52,514 bases of DNA from a virus (Duplodnaviria > Caudoviricetes): the IMG/VR virus record IMGVR_UViG_3300017752_000017, positions 1 to 52,514 of that record; one strand, given 5' to 3'. The notes below the pieces were generated by a model. It made no database searches. It saw nothing but the letters and a program-made list of their open reading frames with translations, and was not told the DNA's origin. Shown one piece after another: positions 8,100 through 16,188 of the stretch; the first letter of the stretch is position 1, and the number at the start of each line of letters is the position of its first letter. A program made the translations under genes and the position numbers.

Positions 8100-8762
8100 A
8101 TGAGTAATGTTATGAATTTAGATGGAGTGAAGCTAACCTTTGCAAATGGTAATCATCCGCGGTCAGAAGAAGAAAAACAACAGATTATTGAGAATGCTGC
8201 TAAGGCGTATGAAGCGTATATGGATGCCCTAGGATTTGATTGGAGAAATGACCCTAACAGCGCTGATACACCTAGAAGAGTCGCGAAAGCTTTTGTAAAC
8301 GATTTGGCTGCCGGTTGTTATGATGCCCCTCCGAAGATTACGACTTTTGATAATGTGGATCAGTATGATGGTCTTGTGTTTCAAGGTAACATCAAAACCA
8401 ACTCTTTCTGTTCTCATCACCATCTACCTTTTATAGGTCAAACACATGTAGCGTATATACCAGGTAAGGATGGTCAGGTTATCGGTTTGAGCAAATTGAA
8501 TCGTATAGTGGAGTGGTTCTCTCGTCGACCACAAGTGCAAGAAAACTTAACCATGCAGATACACAAACATATTAATGAGGTGTGTGTAGGTAACAATGGA
8601 GTGGCAGTACTTGTTGAGGCTAACCACACTTGCGCTGGTCTTAGAGGTGTCAAACATGACAGTACAATGAAAACTGCGAGAATGAGCGGAGCCTTTTTTG
8701 ACAAGAAGGACATAAACACCAGACAGGAATTTTACGATTTTGTGAGAGATTTAAAAAGATGA
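8100..8762 (+). CDS. folE: GTP cyclohydrolase I FolE
   Basis: DTPRRVAKAF, SFCSHHHLPFIG, VIGLSKLNRIVEWFSRRPQVQE and HTCAGLRGV. Confidence 0.97.
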   Translation: MSNVMNLDGVKLTFANGNHPRSEEEKQQIIENAAKAYEAYMDALGFDWRNDPNSADTPRRVAKAFVNDLAAGCYDAPPKITTFDNVDQYDGLVFQGNIKTNSFCSHHHLPFIGQTHVAYIPGKDGQVIGLSKLNRIVEWFSRRPQVQENLTMQIHKHINEVCVGNNGVAVLVEANHTCAGLRGVKHDSTMKTARMSGAFFDKKDINTRQEFYDFVRDLKR

Positions 8763-8914
8763 AAACAATTATAGATAAAATAGACATTAAGTGTGCTTCA
8801 GGTTTATGTGAACACACAATACATAATTACAACCTAATATCATGGTTTGCAGTGATAGCAATTGCCACAATCGTGTTTAAATATACACATGAGTACAACA
8901 AAAACAAAAACTAA
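8759..8914 (+). CDS. Possible 51-aa single-TM protein (absent from the ORF track)
   Basis: ATGA overlap with the folE stop; MKTIIDKIDIKCASGLCEHTIHNYNLISWFAVIAIATIVFKYTHEYNKNKN. Confidence 0.5.
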   Translation: MKTIIDKIDIKCASGLCEHTIHNYNLISWFAVIAIATIVFKYTHEYNKNKN

Positions 8915-9107
8915 GAAACCAGTCGATCAAACAGAAGATGTTTCAGATTTAAATACTATGATAAATTTATCATTATCGTTCACGAAAGAAATCGAAAACA
9001 TTATGACTGTTGATAAACTTACTTTCACTGAAAGATCTAGCGCACTAGGTACAGCTACAAAATATTTTGTTGAGGCTGTTAATGAAGTGGCTGAAAGAAA
9101 TGCTTGA
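8889..9107 (+). CDS. Hypothetical protein
   Basis: Start MSTTKTK lies 5 nt downstream of TAAATA (8878-8883). Confidence 0.6.
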   Translation: MSTTKTKTKKPVDQTEDVSDLNTMINLSLSFTKEIENIMTVDKLTFTERSSALGTATKYFVEAVNEVAERNA

Positions 9108-9618
9108 AGATTGCATTTACGGCTTAACATCCGCGCGATACAAAAAACTAAAACGCCCGGCACAGTTAGCAGCTACTAAGCCAGATACATGTGTCAAGAT
9201 TTTAAACAAAAGCGCATATTATGTTATTAAAGATTGCGCTGAAATAACACTAAAGTATTTACCACATTATATTTATAGTGGTATACGAGACCCGATATCT
9301 AAATTAAGAGGTAACGTACCAGAGCAGGATATAATAGATTTTGCTAATAGATCTAGTCGTGAGGATCACACACAACAATTATTAAGATTAATACTTGATG
9401 ATATCACCCGCGAAACAGTTGCTGTTAAAACAATACAACAGGAATCAACATCAATTGATTTCACATTAACAGGTGAAGAGGATGATGTGTATGGTGATTA
9501 TGAGTATGGTCCGACTGAAGAACTAGAGCCTATTGAAGAAGTAACTCCAGTGAGTGACAGCGTCAATATAAATGATGCAAGTTCGGTAATATATACTCTA
9601 AAGCAAGCCTTGTTATAA
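9100..9618 (+). CDS. Hypothetical protein with acidic C-terminus
   Basis: ORF 9067-9618; the ATG at 9100 overlaps the previous stop. Confidence 0.6.
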   Translation: MLEDCIYGLTSARYKKLKRPAQLAATKPDTCVKILNKSAYYVIKDCAEITLKYLPHYIYSGIRDPISKLRGNVPEQDIIDFANRSSREDHTQQLLRLILDDITRETVAVKTIQQESTSIDFTLTGEEDDVYGDYEYGPTEELEPIEEVTPVSDSVNINDASSVIYTLKQALL

Positions 9619-9798
9619 TTATACTTGCTCGTTTTTCTTGTCTTGTATTTCTTTCCTACGACACTTGCTCAACTTATTAATCTCGTTCAACGCTTTACGA
9701 GCTCTTGTACCAGCTGCTTTGTTGAATTTTTCTTCAAACTTCTGGCTTTCTGCGTGATAAATCTCAATTTGTTCTATTAATTGTTCATGAGTTGTCAT
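9619..9798 (-). CDS. Histone H1-like Hc1-family small basic protein
   Basis: KFEEKFNKAAGTRARKALNEINKLSKCRRKEIQDKKN; TAAGTA (9804-9809) lies 5 nt upstream of the ATG at 9798. Confidence 0.75.
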   Translation of the reverse strand: MTTHEQLIEQIEIYHAESQKFEEKFNKAAGTRARKALNEINKLSKCRRKEIQDKKNEQV

Positions 9799-9827
9799 GA
9801 TAATACTTAATATTTTATGTGTGTAAA

Positions 9828-9835
9828 TATAAATA
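9828..9835 (+). promoter_or_regulatory. T4 late promoter TATAAATA
   Basis: Perfect consensus 6 nt upstream of the ATG at 9842. Confidence 0.75.
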
Positions 9836-9841
9836 ATTACG

Positions 9842-10090
9842 ATGAATAAATTTGATAAAAAATTTAGTAACCTGTTGTCAGATGTATACTCAAGCATGTG
9901 TTTGAACGAATATCAAGAGACAGAAGAAGAGGACAAAGATGCAGCACTAGATGCAGCAAAAACTGCGAGTGATGGTACTGAAGTTTCTCGCGCTAAAGAG
10001 AAACATGACAGAGAGTTAGAGAAGGTACTTGATCAGAAGACTAAAAATTTAAGACAAGCTGGTAGAGATTTGAAGAAACCTCAAGCTTGA
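9842..10090 (+). CDS. Hypothetical late protein, possible internal head protein
   Basis: MNKFDKKF...CLNE N-terminus, highly charged, late promoter. Confidence 0.6.
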   Translation: MNKFDKKFSNLLSDVYSSMCLNEYQETEEEDKDAALDAAKTASDGTEVSRAKEKHDRELEKVLDQKTKNLRQAGRDLKKPQA

Positions 10091-11431
10091 TTATTTTTGA
10101 AACTTACCTGTTGTTAGATTCTTAGCAGAGAAATCTAACCGGTCAACAATCTTGACTTGATTGTCACCAACAAACAACACGAAGCCTTCGCCTCTGCTCA
10201 AAGCAAATGACCCATCGTCTTGTGGTATAAAACTCTTACCAATCTTTCCTCCAGTTTTTTGAATCTGTGTCTCAACTTGTGTGAACAAATCAACAATCAC
10301 TCTTTTCACGGCGATCATGTAGTGTGTAGCAATCACAAAATGCTGGAAGCTATCATTCTCAAACATGTTCTTGTAACCAGCCATTCGTTGTTTTGCATTC
10401 CCTATACCACGCTCACCTTTACCTGCTGATTCTTTATCGAAATTTTTCTTGAGAAATGTGTAAAATCTTTTGCTAAACACTTCTTCTTTGAAATCGTTAC
10501 CATCAAATGCTCGTGAGTATACATTGTTTTTGGTACGTTCAGCCTTCTTCACTTCATCGTTGAGAAACCGCTGCACGATTCCCATGAACTTTTTGTTATT
10601 GACATACGCAGTGTCAAATGTATCCGTTACGTGTTCGATGTGCTGTTGTGCATGTGCAAGCAAACTGTCTAGCTCCACTTTGACCTGTCTAGGTAAATTG
10701 AGATTGATTTGTTTTTGATTGTATGTACTACTTTCAATGAACACATTGTTGGTTTTACCTGCTTGAACCAACTGATCAATATTTTTGTTCGGAGCGGTGA
10801 AGCGAATGTTAGTTCCATCATCAGTAACTCCCTTGAAACTGTCATGCACTGCGATTCCAAAATCTGCATTGTTCACTCGATGATACAACTCGCTTTGATC
10901 ATCGACTGGTACAGCGTACTTGATCAACTGAGGTTGAAACACGACGTGCGGTTGCCCGTCAATTGATTCCGATTTCTTCACATCGGGTGTGAATATGATG
11001 TCACCTTGAAATATTCTGTCTGACCCGATGCTTTCGTACACAGGCTTGAGAGACAGTAACGCTTGATTGAGCTTCTCAGCTAACCCAGGAGCATGTCCGT
11101 GATTCGCAGCAATCTCTTCTGATGTGTGGTTGATCTTGGGTGTTTTATTGAACCCGCTCTTGCTCGCTACAAAGAATTGACCCTTGTGATCTGGTCTAGG
11201 GTCAGCACCAAAATACAATGCTGGTGCTCCATCTACTTTGAGGTTCACAACAGTTTCACTATCCAATCCATACACATAGTTCTTAAGGTTGGTTATATGA
11301 TCAACAAAATTAGCAAAACCTTGCTTGCCTTGTTCGATCACTAGATCTTCTAGATGGCTCAAGTGTAATTTAACACCCGGGTTAATTTTGGCTTCTAAGA
11401 AGAGTTGATAGTATTGTTTAAATGTGTTCAT
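10091..11431 (-). CDS. DUF6267-like protein with covalent nucleotidyltransferase (RNA/DNA ligase) motifs
   Basis: HLSHLEDL, NLKVDGAP (motif I KxDG), FFVASKS, IFQGDII (III), GEGFVL (IV) and VKIVDR (V). Confidence 0.7.
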   Translation of the reverse strand: MNTFKQYYQLFLEAKINPGVKLHLSHLEDLVIEQGKQGFANFVDHITNLKNYVYGLDSETVVNLKVDGAPALYFGADPRPDHKGQFFVASKSGFNKTPKINHTSEEIAANHGHAPGLAEKLNQALLSLKPVYESIGSDRIFQGDIIFTPDVKKSESIDGQPHVVFQPQLIKYAVPVDDQSELYHRVNNADFGIAVHDSFKGVTDDGTNIRFTAPNKNIDQLVQAGKTNNVFIESSTYNQKQINLNLPRQVKVELDSLLAHAQQHIEHVTDTFDTAYVNNKKFMGIVQRFLNDEVKKAERTKNNVYSRAFDGNDFKEEVFSKRFYTFLKKNFDKESAGKGERGIGNAKQRMAGYKNMFENDSFQHFVIATHYMIAVKRVIVDLFTQVETQIQKTGGKIGKSFIPQDDGSFALSRGEGFVLFVGDNQVKIVDRLDFSAKNLTTGKFQK

Positions 11432-12987
11432 GTAAGAGTTATACCCATTCCTTTGTTTCTTGAGTCTACACCAGCTGCACCAGCTATCAATCTAGGGTGC
11501 TTTTCAAGTTGAGAGAAAACTGATAAATACACATCACCTAAATTCTCACCAGTGAATTTTAATGATATAGCGTCTAAATGTCTTTCGGTGTTTATTATTA
11601 GCAAGTATGGAAAACCGTGTACGGCTTGGTACGAAGTCGCGTGTAGTGCTAACTGCATCCGTTGTAAGGTTCTTTGTCCTAGTGATTGTATATTGCCTTT
11701 ACCTGGCTCTTTACCTTTTAATAAATCACGTTGTATATCCGGTCTACTAAACACTTGTTCGATTCCAGCGATTAAATTAGTTACTTGTGCCTGGTCGAGG
11801 GGCTCAGTCCGCATTTCAACAAACGCTTCCGCTAGTTCAGCGGGTGTGAAATTCCATTTATTGTTAAACATATACTGAGCTGAGTCTTGCCACTTGTATG
11901 CATCGGCATTGATTTCTGATACATTTACTAAAGCCTTCTGTAAACATTGTATCACATCATTCATCCATGTATTCAGTTTTTTGATCCCGGTAGTAGTATT
12001 AACACCAGCCATCACCATAAACCCACTCCACATCTTACTCAATGTACTGTATGCCAGTTGTATATCTTCTCGGTCTTGCAAGCTCTCTTTATTAAGATGA
12101 GAGATAATATCTCTTATTGATGTTAATTGGTTAATGTCAATATCACCTCTCTTTGTTGCATTTGGCATGTATGATTGATCGATATACTTCCCGGCTAGCT
12201 CAGCAGTTCTGGATACAACATCAATACTACGTCTTGTATCTGCATCTGCAAAGTGCATTCCTTTACTTTGCAATATGTCGAGATATCTGTTGGTTTGTCC
12301 TGTTCCACCGGCTCCAGCTGTAGTGATACCTTTTGTATAATCTGACGAGCCTAATCTCCCGGAATCACCTTTAACTTCAACCTCGCTTCCACCAACATAC
12401 AGATCTCCAGATTGTTGTTTACCGTTCTCATCTAAATCTGCTTTATTTGCGTTTGTAAATAGAGATATACCAACTTCACCTCGACCGACACTAACATTGT
12501 TTATTTTAGGTTGTACTTCATTACAAATTTCTGTAAAAAACTCTTTCCACGTTGGTGTCAGTTTTTTAATTAGAGGATCTAAGCAATTTTCTAGAGACCA
12601 TATACCATCGCCTGTTAGATATTTTTCAATGCTACCTAACGTACCCTCCTTCTTTTTGTTTATTATCTGTAATAATACAGAATTGTTTATATCATGGTTG
12701 AGAGAAATATTAATTAAATGATCATCAATCACCGGGACTTGTTCCCATTTTGCTAATCTTAATAACTGAAGAAATAGCTCTTCAGTACCTCCAACACTCT
12801 TAGACAGTATTGTTCTTTTTAATTTGTTATAATAATCTGCCGGTATTTCTCCTAGAGACTCTTCTGGTTGACCTGTCGGTATACCGATGATTTCAACATC
12901 TTCATTCACAAACCGACTACTGATAGTATCAAATCTCTTGTTAGTAACAGATTTAGAATAGAGTTTAGCTATGTCTCGATCACTCAT
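11428..12987 (-). CDS. Hypothetical protein with a PD-(D/E)xK nuclease-like motif
   Basis: VGRGEVGISLF...SGDLYVGGSEVEVKG (E...D...ExK); 519 aa. Confidence 0.55.
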   Translation of the reverse strand: MSDRDIAKLYSKSVTNKRFDTISSRFVNEDVEIIGIPTGQPEESLGEIPADYYNKLKRTILSKSVGGTEELFLQLLRLAKWEQVPVIDDHLINISLNHDINNSVLLQIINKKKEGTLGSIEKYLTGDGIWSLENCLDPLIKKLTPTWKEFFTEICNEVQPKINNVSVGRGEVGISLFTNANKADLDENGKQQSGDLYVGGSEVEVKGDSGRLGSSDYTKGITTAGAGGTGQTNRYLDILQSKGMHFADADTRRSIDVVSRTAELAGKYIDQSYMPNATKRGDIDINQLTSIRDIISHLNKESLQDREDIQLAYSTLSKMWSGFMVMAGVNTTTGIKKLNTWMNDVIQCLQKALVNVSEINADAYKWQDSAQYMFNNKWNFTPAELAEAFVEMRTEPLDQAQVTNLIAGIEQVFSRPDIQRDLLKGKEPGKGNIQSLGQRTLQRMQLALHATSYQAVHGFPYLLIINTERHLDAISLKFTGENLGDVYLSVFSQLEKHPRLIAGAAGVDSRNKGMGITLT

Positions 12988-14339
12988 CAGCTTACTCCTG
13001 GTCCGGGATCAATATCGTGCATCTCAAGATCCGGGTAATGGTCACGAACCAATTTGTTCAGCAACGTCTTGAGCTCTCTAACATTACTAGCGGATACTTT
13101 GGTTGTCAACTTGCTATACGACACTGAATCAATATCATTTGGATTGATGATCAATGCTTGTCGCACCAATTCTAACATGTCTATTTGCAACTTGTCCACA
13201 TCATCTGGTTCGAATTCCATGGTGTCGTCAACTGGTGGTTCCACAGCAGCTTGTTCTGGTTCAGCAGGTACTTCAGCTGGTGGTGCTTCATCTTCTGGTG
13301 CTTCCATGATGGGCATGCCAGTGTCTCGTATGATCTGTTCGAATGTTTTCATTTTTAAATTGTTTTCTAGATTAATGATAGTTTGAAGCTTTTGTAGGTT
13401 GTTGAGATCCAAATCCCCTTTTTTAAACATTTTTAATATTTTTTCTCGTTTATCAGCATCTACACCACCTGGATATTCTGCCAATGCAGTTAGTAAACCC
13501 TTCTCATCTTTTGAATATCCTTTTTCGTCCCAAAATCGATCAAGCTCTAGTTGTTCATTGCCCTTGTCTACTTGCTTCATCTGTTTGATATTTCTCAACG
13601 CTTCACCGCGTGGACCGTATAACAAATTACCAACAACCTTCGCTCCCTTCATACTACCGGCTGCAATTTGTTTGGCACCTCTAGCAGCACTCTTGACACC
13701 TTCCTTACCAGCTGATATATTGCTTTGAAATTCATCATTATCTAAACCGTATGGATTTTTATCTGACTTCTTCCCTCTGCTCAGAGCACCCAAACCTCGA
13801 GCCACATTACCCAAACTCTTGACAGCTTTAACTGGAGACGATCTGGTCATTCTGTTCTTGATAGTATCAAAAACACCCTCGAGCTGAATGTTGTATTCTG
13901 GAAATGATTGCTGTATCAGCTCTATCAATTGAGTTGAGTTGCTGACCAGCATCTCGATCTCGTGATCTGGTATCTGTCTACCCAGCATGCGTTTCAAATC
14001 CGCACGATCTTCATCACCAACCGGTGACATTTCTTGTATGATGTCTGTGAATTGATCAACAGCTTGTTCATTTGTTGTCTGTTCTCCCCAGGTGAATGGT
14101 TGAGGTGACACACGTTGCAACAGAGCTAGAAACTCTGTTGGATTGGTTGATACATTTTCCACTGCATCAATGTTACTAGCGGATGGAGCATCTCTTCTGG
14201 ACGAAACACCTTCTGATTGAAAAAATGTGGTGAGCACATCCGCCCATCTCTTTTTATCAGTACCTGTAGTAAAATTCTTTACTTTGGCCTGTTGCATCTG
14301 ATTTTCAGCAGAAGATATCATGTTATCGAATTGATCCAT
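12987..14339 (-). CDS. Hypothetical late protein (450 aa), possible virion internal protein
   Basis: First gene behind a perfect late promoter; alternating basic and acidic low-complexity segments. Confidence 0.6.
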   Translation of the reverse strand: MDQFDNMISSAENQMQQAKVKNFTTGTDKKRWADVLTTFFQSEGVSSRRDAPSASNIDAVENVSTNPTEFLALLQRVSPQPFTWGEQTTNEQAVDQFTDIIQEMSPVGDEDRADLKRMLGRQIPDHEIEMLVSNSTQLIELIQQSFPEYNIQLEGVFDTIKNRMTRSSPVKAVKSLGNVARGLGALSRGKKSDKNPYGLDNDEFQSNISAGKEGVKSAARGAKQIAAGSMKGAKVVGNLLYGPRGEALRNIKQMKQVDKGNEQLELDRFWDEKGYSKDEKGLLTALAEYPGGVDADKREKILKMFKKGDLDLNNLQKLQTIINLENNLKMKTFEQIIRDTGMPIMEAPEDEAPPAEVPAEPEQAAVEPPVDDTMEFEPDDVDKLQIDMLELVRQALIINPNDIDSVSYSKLTTKVSASNVRELKTLLNKLVRDHYPDLEMHDIDPGPGVS

Positions 14340-14345
14340 TGATAT

Positions 14346-14353
14346 TATTTATA
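14346..14353 (-). promoter_or_regulatory. T4 late promoter TATAAATA
   Basis: Perfect consensus 6 nt upstream of the ATG at 14339. Confidence 0.75.
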
Positions 14354-14918
14354 AAAAAACCAGATTCTTTATTTTTATATTGTTAAAATACTGTTGAGAT
14401 AGATATGTTAATTCGTATTTTTCAGCAAACTTTTTAGCTTTTTCGAAATCGAATCGTTTGTTTTGTTGTTTGCGCAAAAATTCAGATATGACTGATGCTC
14501 TGGCGCGCAATTCACCTCGACCTTCTTTACATCTATCAACAAATATATCGAAGTCATCCTCATGGTTATATATCTTGATAGGTAACAGTTGTCTAACTTT
14601 GGCTGTCAGGGTGTTGATGAAGTTGATTACTTGTGTTCTAGATGAGTGTTTGAACAACTCTAGCTGAATGTTTGACAAGTTGTTATACAGTATAACCTTG
14701 TTCGTGGTATCTATGCTCATTACTGACTCACATATTTCATGAATCACATGATGATACATTACTTTCTTAGTATCACTGCTCCTCATGTTCAATTTATTTA
14801 ACAGATCAAACTGATGTAGATCATCAATTATGTTAGTTTCGCAATTGATTAACACTTGTCGATAATCAACCAAACAAAAACTCAATGTAGGTAATTCAAA
14901 ACATTCAATCGGCATCAC
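14349..14918 (-). CDS. Hypothetical protein
   Basis: 189-aa ORF overlapping the resolvase stop. Confidence 0.6.
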   Translation of the reverse strand: MMPIECFELPTLSFCLVDYRQVLINCETNIIDDLHQFDLLNKLNMRSSDTKKVMYHHVIHEICESVMSIDTTNKVILYNNLSNIQLELFKHSSRTQVINFINTLTAKVRQLLPIKIYNHEDDFDIFVDRCKEGRGELRARASVISEFLRKQQNKRFDFEKAKKFAEKYELTYLSQQYFNNIKIKNLVFL

Positions 14919-15408
14919 GCATCATCATGAGTTGTTGTTTAACATCTGTAAAAAAATCATCATACGAAACAATATAGTATTGTTTATATTTAAAGTGATT
15001 TTGATGTGTCATGCAACTGTTTAATTGTGTGAACGTGTTATCACTCATCAACACAAATGACCCTCTGCGTGTTATCTTGAATATTAAAAACCATGTCTTA
15101 ATGTCACTCCATGCTTGTTCAATCCAACTGTCTAAGGTTTTATTTTCTGTCCATAGTTGATGAAACGCAAAATCACCATAATTCTTACACTCGATCTTCA
15201 AGTGATCAATTTCATCAGGTACAAGTATATCACCTTCGTATATCAACTGCTGTGATTTAGATAACTGATTGTATCTCACGTTGTTTTTCCCACCAACAAA
15301 AGCGCCAGAGTTAGGCACTCGTTCAAAATTGTACCCAAAAACTTCAGTTAATTCTGTGGCAATTTGTCGCTCAAACACATTACCTTTGTTTTTTGATTTG
15401 CTTGGCAT
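14905..15408 (-). CDS. Holliday junction resolvase, Hjc-like PD-(D/E)xK
   Basis: SKNKGNVFERQIA, RVPNSGA, GDILVP, IECKNY, WIEQA and LIFKITR. Confidence 0.8.
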   Translation of the reverse strand: MPSKSKNKGNVFERQIATELTEVFGYNFERVPNSGAFVGGKNNVRYNQLSKSQQLIYEGDILVPDEIDHLKIECKNYGDFAFHQLWTENKTLDSWIEQAWSDIKTWFLIFKITRRGSFVLMSDNTFTQLNSCMTHQNHFKYKQYYIVSYDDFFTDVKQQLMMMRDAD

Positions 15409-15427
15409 GTACTAAAACTTATTCAGT

Positions 15428-15733
15428 TCAACTGCCAAAACCACTCATGGATCCTGACGAACCAAAACTAGCACCTGTTGTGATGCCACTGAATCTCGTC
15501 TGTACCGGGAAAGCTTCCCCAGAACTCATATCTATTTTTTGACTTTGCTTTTTCTTTTTCTTCTTTTTACTTCTTTTTTTCTTTTTACTGATACTCTTGG
15601 CACCTAAAATTGATGGTATTCGAGTATCTCCATCCGCATAACCTTGACCTGATTGATTACCAAACACACCACCAGCACCGGCAGTATTGTCTTCATCAAG
15701 AAGGTGTAAAAAAATTGTTTTATATAATGACAT
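15428..15733 (-). CDS. Lys-rich small protein, possible DNA-condensing internal protein
   Basis: MSLYKTIFLHLLDED N-terminus, YADGDTRIP and a KKKKRSKKKKKKK tract. Confidence 0.6.
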   Translation of the reverse strand: MSLYKTIFLHLLDEDNTAGAGGVFGNQSGQGYADGDTRIPSILGAKSISKKKKRSKKKKKKKQSQKIDMSSGEAFPVQTRFSGITTGASFGSSGSMSGFGS

Positions 15734-15786
15734 GTGTTTAGACCTTGATTATTTAATATAGTAGTATATACTTATACTTATCGCAA

Positions 15787-16188
15787 GTGATGAGTAACCT
15801 TATTGAACAATATGTCAAAGAAATGGAGAAGGATGTATTCTTCGATGATTTCAGTATCAAAGAAACTCAAATGAAATTACCTGCTATCAAACACAAGTGG
15901 GTAGGTAGATTGATCAGACATAAACGTGATTTGAATATCAAGCGCGATGAATATAACAAGTTGAAAAAATATTTGATTGACGAAGCTAAAAAAAATAGTG
16001 CGTACCAAGTTTCAGCTCCTGCATTGGAAAAGATAGTTGTGCGCCATGACAAATTAATTACCAAACAACAAGAGATAGATGACTTTTTGCTGGTAGTTGA
16101 ATTATTAGAAAAAGCTGAAAAACTTTTCAGTAGCATGTCATTTGATATTAAAAATCTGGTTGAAATAATGAAAATGGAGACGCTATGA
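15787..16188 (+). CDS. uvsY: Recombination mediator UvsY-like
   Basis: 133-aa helical protein, LPAIKHKW and C-terminal SFDIKNLVEIMKME; immediately upstream of uvsW. Confidence 0.75.
   Translation: MMSNLIEQYVKEMEKDVFFDDFSIKETQMKLPAIKHKWVGRLIRHKRDLNIKRDEYNKLKKYLIDEAKKNSAYQVSAPALEKIVVRHDKLITKQQEIDDFLLVVELLEKAEKLFSSMSFDIKNLVEIMKMETL

Noticed and set aside
5386-8762. folE/queD as folate or tetrahydrobiopterin auxiliary metabolic genes, or a tRNA queuosine pathway
   Set aside because: Co-occurrence with queE and queC, and no folB/K/P, queF, tgt or queA in the window, favours deazaguanine DNA modification. The rest of the genome is unseen, so this is not fully excluded.
13300-13400. Internal MKTFEQII peptide in the 450-aa ORF as a second nested start
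   Set aside because: It resembles a targeting peptide, but no late box lies 5-6 nt upstream, unlike the case at 41944.
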